The notes under the pieces are model-generated. The model saw only the letters and a program-made list of their open reading frames with translations, ran no database searches and had not been told where the DNA came from. A program made the translations under genes and the position numbers. Below, in pieces: positions 1 through 13,539 of a stretch of DNA of 64,000 bases. Numbering within the stretch: position 1 is the stretch's first letter; each line of letters opens with the position of its first letter. Origin of the DNA: the human T2T-CHM13v2.0 reference genome, Homo sapiens; assembly GCF_009914755.1 (NCBI RefSeq), contig NC_060926.1; one strand, given 5' to 3'.

Positions 1-3000
1 GCAAAACAATCCAAATATTGATTTTTAGGCCTATATGTGAATTCTATGGGATGCATTTAAAACATACAACTTAAGCATGGGAATTGAAGGCAAAGATAGT
101 AGCAAAATCAGATAAAAGATATTAAATACTTTGAAGAATTTCTAAAGCTTATGAATATACAAGGCTTTATTAATTCTACTTTGTGTTTTCAAGTTGCCTT
201 TCCACTAAAGCTTCAAAATACTTTGCATTTTAAAGTTTACAGTTTTCCACTGGCTTTTTCAATATCAAATTACAGATAAAGTTTAATATTTCCATGTAAC
301 AGATTTAGAAACTGACCAGTAGGATACTTGGTGACATTCCTCAAGTTGTAAAGCAAATCTCTGTTGGATCTGGCAGCCAAATCCCAAAGTTCCCAATTCT
401 CAGTCCAAACACTCAAACTGCCAAATGCAGGTATGTTCTGGAAATCCATCAGTAGTAGACATTTAAAGCAACTTTCCATTTTTAAAGAGAGATGCATTTC
501 AGCATGTGAGTAGCTATAGCACATGTCCTATAATATTATGACTTAAGGAAGACTCCAAAATCAAGTGCCCTTGCCTGGCAAACTTCAAAATGCCCAGGCC
601 TCTTTAGTCCTCTGACTACTGCACACCTGCTTACCAGATAACAAAAACACATGCCAGTAACCCAAGCCTCTGCAGAGGACTTAGCCCTGTTAGTATCCAC
701 ACAATGACCCATCCATTCCTTTGCCCTGCAGTTTTTCACGATTTTCAAAGAAGGAAAAAGATTTAGATTATTCTGCCAACATGCTTATTAGCAACCCTAC
801 CTTCTTCCAATATGATAAAGTCACTAAGTCATTCAACACAACATAACTTTTTTCACTTTAAAATGACTTTTATGTTCTCTTATTTTTTCCTAAAAAAAAA
901 CCAAAACATTTAATCAGCTCTTTTAAACACATGAAAATTTAATCCTCTGAGGGGACACGGTATGGGTTTGTGCCAGAAGAGAAAATAATTCAAACATTTA
1001 TTTGCCTTAACTCTTAAAGATATACATGACAAGAATATAAATAAGCCTACAAATAAATAAATGTTCTTGAGTATTTATATACTTATATTTTTTTAACTGC
1101 AAAAGAAAGTTTTCTTTCAGCACAAAATACATTTGATTGAAACTCAGGACAGCCATTAATATGGTAGGTATAAGACAATGGAATAGTGAGACCACAAAAG
1201 AACACTTTGGGTAAAAGACTACAAAGTAATGAGTTTGGTTTTTATGTCCTGTTTGTTCATTTGTTCTTGGAACATAGCAGTAAAGAAAATAAAGGGAGTT
1301 GTCATCCCTGTTTTTTCTAGATGAAGCTACAGGGGCAGAAAGATTAAGGGATAAAAATGCTCAAGGGTGGATTATACTATAAAGTATCCTTCTCAGGAGA
1401 TGAGAGATTTGTATAGAAATAATTCAGTGTTATATAGATTAATGTAGACTGAAGAAAGAGGAAGAGCCTCCTTGAAGGCTGTGACTGAATAAATATGAGT
1501 TGCTAGTGAAAGTATTTTCACTCAAATTTTTAAATGCTTCGATTTTATCCCCCAATCAGATGCACAAAGTTTGTAGTTTAAAAATTGTCCTCTGCACTTG
1601 TTTTTTAACCAAACAACAGAACTATACTAAATTCTGGATTGTGTGATTAAAAATCTATGTCTATTATTTTAGTAAATTTTTGCAAAATGAGCCATTTATT
1701 CTTTGCTGTAAGACATTCTTAATATAGTCAATGTCTTGTTGTTTAAGAAGGTCTCCTAATATCAGGGTTTCACCACTTATTTTGTTTACTTATTCCAGGT
1801 TTAACGTTTCCTTGTATTAAAAAAAAAAGGAGTTAAAATATGTTCAGCTGTAGACGTTGAGTCTATGTAATCAAAGGTGATAACAGAACTCAGAGTGGTG
1901 ATATGTTTGCTGATTCAGTGATCTATTTTGTACCTTTCAAGAAATAAATTGTCCCAGTGTGCAAATTGGGAGAATTTTATTCCATTACAACACATTGAGC
2001 TCACTTATAAAGCCACTAGAAATCCTTCAGTTCTCTAGAAGATGCCTAAGCTACTATTTACTAAAATCAAGTGGTCCAAAAAACATTTACACAGTTGCAA
2101 AACGTACCCAGATTCTATGGAGTAATGTTAATTCTACAATGTTTGAGTCATAAAAATAATGCTAAAAAATATTCCTATGATGTCATCAAAATGGATTTCA
2201 TTTTTTCATGCATGTAGTACTAAATAATTCAAATCATAAATAAAATTCTTACCTTCTAGGAACTTCTATCAAACAACATTAATGCCAGCCAAGCCAAGAG
2301 TAAAGTAAAAATTATTTCTAAGCCTTATACTACTTGCAAATTCAAAGTAACAACTCACCTTTTTACAGATTAAAAGTGGAGCTAGACAACAGAAGTCTGA
2401 AGGAGTTGCTGAGGTATTCCTGGGGTTGGAGTTAGTCCAGGGAAGTCCGTATTATCTATCCAAGACCCATGGGCACAGGTATAAGAGAGAGTATTCATCA
2501 CAGATATACTAGAGCAGGGCTCCTGTGCTGCATAACTCCACAGGGACCCCTTTCTCAATGTAGCCTGATAAATATGCTCCCTAGAGCACAGCTCCATAGA
2601 CCATCTCCTACAGAGTTGAGCAACTGAGAGGCCTGATCCTAAAGCAGTATTTTTCAGCTTTTTAAAATTCTTCCCACAATAGGAAATTAACTTGCATTAC
2701 AGTCCATTAGACATACATTTATAATGTGTAACAAAAAGTTTCATGAAACAAATACTTATTACATGTAATAACTTCTGATTTTTTATCCCATTCTATTTTA
2801 TCTTATTCTATTTGGTATTTTTTAATAACAGCCATGACTCACTGAAATGATTTTAATCACTCACAAAACAGATCATGACCTAGCACTCACATATATAAGC
2901 TAACAGAAAGAGCTTCCACAAAATACTACCCTAGCTGTGCATTGTCCTTTACATTTCCTTTTCAATTTCATTTATCAAAAATATACTAGTTGGGGCATAC

Positions 3001-3065
3001 TAAATTGATGTTGCACCCCACTAATAGATCTCAATAATGTTTCAGAATATCCATGAGGTAATTAA

Positions 3066-3135
3066 TTCAGCAAATATTTATTGAGCACCTAGGATGTGCT
3101 AGGCACTGTTTTAGCACTGCAGATAAAACGGTATA
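3066..3135 (-). mobile_element. L2 3'-end fragment
   Basis: ttcagcaaatatttattgagcacctaggatgtgctaggcactg is the characteristic reverse complement of the L2 3' end. Confidence 0.7.
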
Positions 3136-4664
3136 GTAGAAGAATACAAAGCTAAGCATATTCATAATCTAGAAACTTAGCCTGCTCTGCTCATTAAACA
3201 AAATGAGATAAGACTTCCAATTGGAATATTGATGAAGTGTTTTAACTGTTAGGTACTGTAGTGCATATTCAGAGAACAGAAATTATACCAGCAAGAGACT
3301 TATACTCTTTTCTCTACATTTGTTTTCTCACAAATATTAAGAAAAATGTGATCAAAGAGGAATTTTTTAAAAAAAACCCTATTACTTGAGTAAACTGAAA
3401 AATCCCAAGCATTTTAAAGTTAATTCCAACAGTTTTCAGAGTAACTATATGTGTTAAGAAAGGAAACAAAACATTATGGGGAGGGGGGAAGAAAAAAAAA
3501 CAAACTCTTTTTCTGACTCCATCACCACCACGAGACTGAAAAGACTGATCCCCTTGATAGTCATAACTACACAGACATCATATTCCAAGATTCAAGCTGC
3601 ATCCCTTCTACTGCTCTTTTCTCCTCCCCATCCTCTTGGCCCTGTTGAGTGTGGAGAGCATTTCCTCAGATACTGCCATAGCTCCCTTTCCCATCTTCTC
3701 TACCTTCTCCTAAGTCCTTTGGTTTAGGGCCCCTTCCTCCCTCCCTTGAATAGAACAAAGTAGCCTCTAGTCCCTAAGATTTTGTTTCTATTGCTGCTAA
3801 AAGAATGTTAATTTATATCAGAATCCAGAGCACAAAGATAGAGATTTGATATGTTTTTGTAAATACACATTACCATTCCCTCTTACTAAAACTTGAGAAA
3901 ATAAAGTCTCGTAGAAAGATCTAGTATTCTCATAAAAGTTATCTTTCAATTTATTATTGTTATCATTAAAAATCGGTCCTTTAAATATAGAGGAGAAAAT
4001 TTACTATTTCAATGGGATTGAAAAGTGAATTATATTTATTAGACTCACTAAGCCATGATATTTTCTCTTATCTACATGCATCCATTTTTATTAAGGATTA
4101 CCATTGTCCCTGTTTGCAATGCAAGTACACTTACCAAAGCAAATGATAAAGGTCAGATGGTGAAGGCATACACATTCTATATGACTTATTTCTTAGGTTC
4201 TTGAATTTTATAGATAAAAATCAGTGTTTGGACATATTAATTTAGAAAAGGTTTCTTAGCATAAAGTAGTATTTGTTCAAAATTAGAGCTAAACAAAATG
4301 GTATAAGGAGGTTTTAAAAATACTTCATTGGTCTCTTTGATATGAGCTTTATATCCTATCTTGTACACATCCAAAGACGTGTATAACAATATTATTAATA
4401 TTTAAGAGACAGCCATATAAGAGTTTAGCACAATACAAACAATGACCAGGAAGAAGAGAAACGAATCAAAAGAGGTAGACATTAACTTTGTTTTGAAAAG
4501 TAGTTTTAAAAATGAGACAGATAAAACATGTCAAGGATTAAATTAATATTAGGAAAATATCCTTTAAAATTTACTCGTGCTGTCATGTACACACATATGC
4601 ATATACATATATCATGAATTATAAATGTGTGCAGAATACTGTTTACATACAGAAATTTGTCTGG

Positions 4665-4937
4665 AGCAGGCACAGTGGCTCACGCCTGAAATCCCAGCAC
4701 TTTGGGAGGCTGAGGCAGGTGGATCACAAGGTCAGGAGTTCGAGACCAGCCTGGACAATACGGTGAAACCCTGTCTGTACTAAAAATACAAAAGTTAGCC
4801 GGGCGTGCCTCAGGAGGCTGAGGCAGGAGAATCACTTGAACCCAGGAGGCGGAGGTTGCAGTGAGCCAAGATCACATCACTGCACTCCAGCCTGGGCAAC
4901 AGAGTGAGACTCCATCTCAAAAAGAAAAGAAAAGAAA
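4665..4937 (+). mobile_element. AluS-type SINE with ~26-nt internal deletion in the right arm
   Basis: Alu left arm, A5TACA linker, right arm and A-rich tail. Degenerate target-site duplication (TSD) agaaatttgtct / agaaacctgtcc. Confidence 0.93.
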
Positions 4938-7900
4938 CCTGTCCTACTGGGCAAGCTACCACTGTCATTTCCTCATTGGACTAGACTGTCTTAATCTCTG
5001 GGTGTCAAAGCATGAGATCTCGCACCAAAGTTTGTTTAGGTGGCCTTCCAGTCTTCTCTCCTACTCTTGAAAAGCAACAGAGACAATGAGAAAAAGAAAG
5101 TATGCCAGTTCATGGTGCTGCTGGCCAGTGTGAAATAATCATTTTTTCCCAGTAAAGGACTTCTCCAGCTTACTAACTTGTTCCAGGATCCCAGCTGCCT
5201 TTTGGTTATTTAACTGGTAAACACGTAATGAATAATTTGCTTCTTAAAAATCTCAGCGACTGTCCTTTTTATTCAATTAAGCACAAAATATCTTGGCTAC
5301 AAAAACAAAACAAAACAAAAAAACAGCTTTAACAAAACATTTTTCCCCACGGTTTAACAGACCATAGGGTTTTTGTGCAGAACTATGAAATACGTTCACC
5401 AGAGAGTGCCTATTCAAGATTAAGTGGTTCAGAAATAAGCAATTTCCAAATTTTCCTCCATCTATAAAATTTCATACAAATTCAGGGTCCTCTTTGAATG
5501 ACTGTAAGCATGAATGAGTAACTTTAAGAACTCAGAGTAATTTGGGATAGACCTCTCCCTCTGTGGGGTGATTTCAACTTCTCAAAATATCTGGAAGCCT
5601 TCTTAGGTAATTTGTCATCCTGCACCCATCTCCTTTCCAATGTCCCTTATCTCCTGGCATTGGACTAATACACTGGAGAGTTCATTTTCACTTTCTCCAC
5701 AAACGGGTGGTATTCTTTCCCTTTGTCCACAAACACACCAACACATAGCATCAAACTACCTACTTCTAAACGTTGAGTGCAAGTTTTATGATTTTACAAT
5801 CTTTTTAATACTAACAAATATTTTTTGAATACCGATCATGTGTCAGAGACTGTATTAGGTCTTGGAAATACAGTGATAAATAAGAAATGATTTTTGTCTT
5901 TAATGGTTTAGAAAGATGATTTCAAATGTCTTCACTGCTTATCTAAGGCAGCAGGTTCAACCATGGGTAGGAGGAGCCGGAAGCATAGGGAAACCTCACA
6001 ATATTTTCAGTCATATTTCTTTGTTTTGGGGAAGCACAGGACTCTTCATTACCTTCCATCTACTTTATTATGTCTTTGTTGTTTTTTTTTTTTTTTATCA
6101 TCTTGCTTCTGCATAGAGGCCCTTTATATTTCCTTTTCATCTCTCAAATTCCAGACCAAATATTATACCACTTGACTAGTTTTCCCTGACATGTTCAGTT
6201 TTATAGTGGTCTCCTTATTATACACCTGTTATACCTCTTAGCATATTGCCTTATAGTTATACTAGCAATATAAGAAATGAGCTTTACATTTTTCTAGTTC
6301 ATAATAAACTCTGAATAAATATATATTTGAGAGAAGAAAAAGACAGAGAGATTTCTGTGTTTCTTTCTTTACCTAAACTCTTAGTTCCTTTAGGAAAGAA
6401 CAAGGGTTTTTTTAAAATTTTTATTTTCATGGTTCTATTCTATTGTCCAGCAGAGTACACCTGTTTGTTGTATAGATTTGTTGAAAATTAAAGAAAAATT
6501 TAAAAAACTATACCTTCATCTTTGTACTACATTTAAGAAGCTTGTGTTATTCACCACTTTCTTGATGGTAAAGCAAAAATACACCCAGAGTATCTATACT
6601 TCGCTTCTTCTAATTCTTCAATAATATTTAGATATTTAGAGCTTTTATGTTATCCCAAAATGGCTACTTCCTTGAATCATAAATGTGGATACTTGTCTGT
6701 TGCAAAATAAAGATTAAAATTATAATAATCTCTAAGGAAAGCCTTCATCTACAAAGCCTTGCCATGTACACTCTAGAGCATTTTGAAAATGTGTTCTCCC
6801 TTTGGTTAGAGAAATTGTGATCTCTACATCTAAATATGTCATTATTATTTAGCAGAGAGAAAAACTTGCCACAGATAGTGCCACAAGTAGTGATTACCAG
6901 TAAATAAGACTTTTTATTTAAACTCTTAAAAATATTTGTAAAGGTTTAATAAAAGTTTTAAAAAAATTAAAAAGATGGTGTCCAAATGGAAATAATCCAT
7001 ACTATCTATGGAAATAGCAGCAAGATTTAAGAAGCAGTTAAATGTTTAAGGTTTTGATTATTTTGTAACAAATCTGAATTAGTATTTAAAGAATTGTATA
7101 CTATATGCCTACTTCAGTATTTGGTATGTTTTCTTACCCTACTCTTGGTGAATGTGGTCATTATTTCATAAATATTTATATATTTTCAAAGAGGAGTTTT
7201 TAAGATCTCATTCTTTAAAACACTGAAAACTTAAAAAAAAATAAAGGCAGACCAAGACAGCCAGGAAAAATGACAAATCCTTGCTATAGGGATGTTCTGT
7301 AAAGTGTGTTGGATGTGCAGATTTGTACTTACTACTATTAGCACAGCACCACTACTATGACTACTAATGTCAATAATGATGATAACTCCTTTTATTTTTA
7401 TAGACTTTTCCATATTTCAGAACTTTTGCTTCCCTTTTTTTGATTCTCAAAATAATCATGCCAATTACGAAATTTTTTCTAAGGAAAAAGTTCAAAGGTA
7501 GCAAATATCACATGTAGAAAGATATTTATCCCTGTATTATCTATAATGATGAGAAATCAAAATATGAATACCAGGCTTTATCAGAGTGGTTCAATAAATA
7601 TAGTAAATACATACACTACACAGTTAAAATATAAATACGAAGTCTATTTATCAGAAAGGAAAAATCCTTGTGTTATTCTATTAGGTGAAAACAAGAAGAA
7701 TATAAAATTATATTCATATTACTGTTACAACTATGGAAACATTTCTGTGTATTTGGATGAAGCCTCAATGGTGACATGATAAAATGTAAAGTTTTTTAGG
7801 ATAGCATGGCATAGCATAGCCCAAAATGTTTGAGTTATTTTAGATTTTCAGTGACACTGGTGTTGTTCATTATGCCATATATGTGTTTAGTATTTTTAAA

Positions 7901-8049
7901 TAAAACTAAAAATGTGTATTCTTAAAATAATAAAATATTTGTCAAATGCATGTATTACATAAAACAATGGATTTACAACAGGGAAAGACTATTTACAAAA
8001 AAGTGATTATAGGTTCCTTTTCAATAGATGTGGTTTTCACCCTATCTAC

Positions 8050-8225
8050 CTCACCCCTTGTGCATCTGGATCACCAGGGGTGATTTCAAAGAATACTACT
8101 GCGCAGGCTGTACCCCGAGAGATGAGTTTTCAGCGGGTCTGGGTTAGGGCCCAGGTATTGGTTTGTTTTTGTTTTTTTAATTTCTCCAGATAATTCTGTT
8201 GTGCAGCTTGGGTTGAACATCACAA
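8050..8225. mobile_element. MER5-like hAT/Charlie MITE
   Basis: Motifs tgcatctggatcacc...ggtctgggttagggcccagg...tctccagataattctgttgtgcag resemble MER5A/B. Confidence 0.6.
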
Positions 8226-8369
8226 AAACAGTTATAAATAAGTGAAATTTTATCTTTTCAGATATTAAATTCCCAGAATTTTCATCCCTAGTGTAAGGCT
8301 TTTAAGAATAAGAATGCTATGTAAGACTGGTCTAATTTAAAAAATCATAAGTACAAAGTATCTTTACGC

Positions 8370-9000
8370 AATCAGAATGGTAAAGATTCTTAACTATTGT
8401 TTTTATTCATTGTCAAAAATAATGATAAATAGAGTATTGGTGAGAGAAATGAGCACTGTCTTCCACTGCTTATAGGAATGTAAAAACTTCACAGGAGGGT
8501 AGTTTGACAATATGTATTCAAAGCTTCTAAAATATGTAAACCCTTTTGTCCCTGGAATTTCACTTTTAAGAATTTATCCTTAGAAAATAATTAGGTGAAC
8601 TGGCAAAGAAGTGTTAATAAGAATAATTGTCATAGCGTTGCTTACAATAGTAAAAGATTGGAAATAATAAAAAAACTCATGACTGTGGATTGATTAAAGT
8701 ACAGTATATCATACATGATACTAATAAAATGGTTCTGTAGCTATATATAAGCTAACATGGAATGATAATCACAATATATTGATAAATAAAAAAGCTACAA
8801 AATAACATTATAGCATGATTCTATTTTTAAAAAATATATGTAACATATATATGCATATGTGTATATATATATGCATGCCTGCATATGTATAGACATGCAG
8901 GTAGAAAAAGCCCAGAAAGCTATAAACTAAAATGTTAATAGTTAATCTTCACAGGTACTTTTTATTTTCTGCCTTATATTTTTATGTGCATTCTACTTTT
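8370..9000 (+). mobile_element. Old L1M (L1MC/ME-like) 3' region
   Basis: Decayed L1 ORF2-end and 3' UTR motifs (ggaatgtaaa..., atttcacttttaagaatttatcc, aatcttcacagg). Confidence 0.6.
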
Positions 9001-9470
9001 GTGGGTTTCTTTTCACTAAAAGGAAGTAGTAGTTTTATAAATAAAGACAAATAACTTTTTTAATGAAAAAAATTTTTAAAATAAAACTACTGCTTTTATC
9101 TACCCAATTGAATGAAGAACGTGGATTCTCCCATCTTCCCCTTTCACTTGTCTGCCTGTGAAAAACAAGCTATTTGATAGTCAGCAACAGCTATTTCTTT
9201 TTTTAAAACCCCCACCTCTCCTGCCACCACAACTCACCAGCTATTTCTCAATAAAACGTCTTCAATATATTTATTTTCAAAAGCATACATTCTAAACTTA
9301 AGTCCCATTAACAGATGTCAAGTGATCTGATTACAATTAATCTAGTTACAATCAATGAAGGTGCCATGGAACAAATAAATTTAAATTTATGTTAATGCAT
9401 TTTTATGCCTAGTCTCACATAACATTCATGATTAATAACTGGGTTTTGTGTTTTTTTTTTTTCATTTTAG

Positions 9471-9797
9471 GCGGTTCAGGACCATCATCCTCCATAGCCA
9501 TAGCGGGCACCAACCACCCTGCCATCACAAAGACAACATCTGTTCTTCAAGATGGCGTCATAGTCACCACTGCAGCTGGAAACCCACTGCAGAGTCAGCT
9601 ACCCATTGGGAGTGATTTTCCTTTTGTTGGCCAGGAGCACGCACTTCATTTTCCATCCAACAGCACTTCAAACAACCATCTTCCACACCCCTTGAACCCC
9701 AGCCTCCTCAGTTCTCTACCTATCTCTTTGCCAGTGAATCAACAGCATCTCCTAAACCAGAATCTATTAAATATCCTCCAGCCTTCAGCAGGAGAAG
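9471..9797 (+). CDS. MBD5: MBD5 internal coding exon, short form (327 nt, phase 1-1, non-canonical GC donor)
   Basis: T-tract and ttttag acceptor end at 9470. Translates [29 protein letters not shown]...LQPSAGE(G), recognised as MBD5. Donor GAAG|gcaagt at 9797/9798 keeps frame with the exon at 12103. Confidence 0.9.
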
Positions 9798-10496
9798 GCA
9801 AGTCTGAGATCAACCTCCACCCTTTAGGTTTTCTCAACCCGAATGTAAACGCTGCTTTAGCTTTTCTCTCCAGTGACATGGATGGGCAGGTATTGCAGCC
9901 TGTTCACTTTCAGCTCTTAGCAGCCTTGCTTCAGAACCAAGCCCAAGCAGCTGCCATGCTTCCCCTGCCATCTTTCAATCTGACCATCTCAGATCTTTTG
10001 CAACAGCAAAATACCCCTTTACCCTCATTAACACAGATGACAGCCCCACCAGACCATTTGCCAAGCAATCAGTCAGACAACAGCCGAGCTGAGACCCTTT
10101 TAACCAGCCCCCTGGGGAACCCTTTACCAAGCTTTGCAGGCAGTGACACTACTTTTAACCCCCTGTTCCTCCCAGCTGTCAATGGGGCCTCAGGATTAAT
10201 GACCTTGAATCCCCAGCTGTTGGGAGGTGTCCTGAACTCGGCATCGGCCAACACCGCTAATCATCCAGAGGTTTCCATAGCAACCTCCTCCCAGGCAACC
10301 ACTACCACAACCACTACATCATCAGCAGTGGCAGCACTGACTGTCTCAACACTTGGTGGGACAGCAGTGGTGTCAATGGCAGAAACATTGCTGAATATAT
10401 CTAATAATGCTGGGAATACACCTGGTCCAGCTAAACTCAACAGTAACTCTGTGGTGCCACAGCTACTTAACCCTCTACTGGGGACAGGTCTACTTG
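9471..10496 (+). CDS. MBD5: MBD5 internal coding exon, long form (1026 nt; +699 nt / 233 aa via downstream GT donor)
   Basis: The ORF stays open past the GC donor to a consensus donor CTTG|gtaagt at 10496/10497 in the same phase. 233 aa equals the recalled difference between the 1494 and 1727 aa MBD5 isoforms. Confidence 0.88.
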
Positions 10497-12005
10497 GTAA
10501 GTTAAATTTTTTCACAAATTTTTTACAAAAGAAACGTTTTTCTAATTCTATTTTCTCCTTTTTAAAAACTCCATTTTGTCACACTATTTTTAAAAATGTT
10601 TTTGTTATGTCACAGCTTGCTTAAGGAACTAAATATAACAACACCCACACACAACCATAGTTATACAAACATGAGTGACTTTTTCCTCTTTCCCCTATTC
10701 TAGCAATACTAAATATCATTTTAATCTGCTTTCTCTTCTAATTCTGATGCCACCTAAACCTAACCTACCCATCACCTCTTAAACCAAGTAGAGTCTCATT
10801 TTTCAAATAATAAAGCACAGGTACATCTTAAAAATCACTTTTATTTGAATTTTAGTTGGTGTGGCATCACAGGGTTAGTATGAGCAGCTGCACTGTGGAT
10901 GGAAACAGATTGAGAAAGTGTTTTCCAGGTGAACCCTAAATAAACAAAACTAAATGCTTGTCTAGCAAAACAAGAAACAAGATGTAAAAACACGCAAAGC
11001 TAAAGTTTTCCCAAGTTCAAGGGAACAGACAGCCCCTCTAGCTGCTACTAGATTTCCTCAGTCAGTATTAATTTTTTGACTTTTGTGGCTTAAAAATACA
11101 GTTTTTCATCTGTATTATCCTATCACAAAATAGTTCGAAAATAATGCCAGGTATATTTAACTGATGGATATAGGTAACTATAATATAAAGTGTGGGGATG
11201 GTGTCCATAAAGTCTAGAAACAGGGAAATGTACATCATGATGTCAATGGCATCTTCAAGGTGTAAAAAATTTGTTTATTATTTATGTGTTTTTGATTTTA
11301 TGAATGCCTTTATAATATAGTATAATTAGTTCTATTTGGCATTGAAATCTTTGTAGTTAAATAAACTACGAAGCATTACAGATTTACATGTTTCAAGTTA
11401 CAAGACAATTTCTATGACATTCTCCTCAAGAAAATGTCAGAGTAATTTCAAAATAATTTTGAATTTTGAATATAAATTTAATTATTAATCCTACTGATTA
11501 TATAATATTTATTTTGAATGATTATGACAATGAATTCTTTTGTGTTGTTAGCTTTCTTTTCCATTTTAATTTTAGGTGACCAACCTTCTACTGCAAAACA
11601 AAATGCACGTTTCTAAACCAAATCGATGATTTGATTTGGTATCTATTGATGATTATGGCTTGAGAACTAAATTTTGTAAACAAGGCCTGATCAGGCTCAC
11701 TTATTTTAATTATCTGGTCAGATACTTACAATTGCTAAAACATTATAGGACTAATTTCAACCTTTAATTTTAGGTGCTCTAAAATAGATCTAAAATCTAA
11801 AAATAGATGAAGGAATCATATGACACTGCAGCTCAATATATAAGGACTGCCTAATGAATAGAGCAAAGACTAAGTAGTCTTTCCATGATGTAAAATTAAA
11901 AAACTAATTATACAAGATAAAACTAAATAATAAAGCTACTCTTTCCTTACCACTTAGTAAGACTTTGAGAAGTAAAAAAGAAAAGCATTACCCAAGTAAG
12001 CATAG

Positions 12006-12335
<330 letters not shown>

Positions 12336-12729
12336 TAGAAGAAAACAATGTCTGAGTTTGTTTAAATACTTAATTTGGGGGAAAGGGTGAAAAAAGTAGG
12401 TTACGTGCCCTTTCACCTCTATTTACTGTTATTTCTCAGTCATGAGTATTGTTAAACATTCCAGTCTTTTGTGTGAAGGTTTTCTTTTTTTAATTTTGTC
12501 TGAAGTATCTCAGCAGTTCTTTTGGAGCTGTTAGTAAAAACTGATCGTGTGACCCTCATAAGCCCTTTTGTCATTTATCATTGTTCTCATGACTGAGACT
12601 CACCTCCCTTGCATGCCCACCTGTCCACCCTCTCCAGCCTCAGCTCTCACCACTCTTCCCCTGGCTTCAGCCACATGGTATTTCTTTAGTTCCACAAAGT
12701 GAATAAATTCCTGCTAGGTTAAGGAGGTA

Positions 12730-13500
12730 GGTGGAAAGGGTAACACTAAATCCACATAGGGAGAAAATATGGGCTTTTTAAAAATAATCTTGGGGTAGAG
12801 AAGGCTCTTTCAGCATGACAGAAAACCAAGGCAGTCAAAAGGAAAAGTAACAAATTTGAATAGATAAAAATTTAAAATCTCTGTATGATCAAGCATATTC
12901 TAAACAAAGCTAAAGACAAATGACAACCTGGCAGAAAATATTTTCCTAATACATATTAAATAATTAACACCTACAACATAAAAAGAGCTCCTACAAATCA
13001 GGAAGAAAAAGGACAATTGATTAGAAAAAAATTAGCAATAGATATGAACAGACAATTCACAGAAATTGAAAGATAAAGTATTAAAAAACATGAAAATAAC
13101 AATCAGAGTTACATAAATTATCACACTAATGTGTCCATCAGATTGATGATATCCACTGCTGACAAGGGTGCAGGGAAATAGATTCACTCAGATTACTGTT
13201 GGTCTGATTATATGCTGATACAGTCCTTTTGGAGGGTAATTTGATAGCATATCAGATTTTTTAAATATCTTTTGACCAGAAGCTCAGCTTCTGTGTATTA
13301 ATATCTCATTTTAGAGAAATCTTCAAATGTGAACAAACAAGCACATATCAAAATGTTCAGTGCAATATAATTTGAGGTGTCAAAAATTATGAACCACTCC
13401 ATCAGTAGGGAAATAGTTAAGTATATTATGGTACAGTATATCCATCTACCTGGTGGTTTAGAAAATTAGGTAGACTTACATAATCTGATATGGAAAGATC
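12730..13500 (+). mobile_element. Old L1M fragment (ORF2 C-terminal region)
   Basis: agagctcctacaaatcaggaagaaaaag...gcaatagatatgaacagacaattcacag is typical of L1 ORF2 3' sequence. Confidence 0.7.
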
Positions 13501-13539
13501 TGTAAGACTGCAAGACTCCAGTGCTATAGTATTGCAGAA

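Noticed and set aside
10069-10515. Minus-strand ORFs over MBD5 exons (also 12076-12258 and 16496-16684)
   Set aside because: Antisense shadows of the real coding frame.
11576-11638. Strong acceptor ttttag|gtgacc followed by an in-frame TAA
   Set aside because: Only a poor donor (TTG|gtatct) was found, and acceptor-like motifs are frequent in this T-rich intron.
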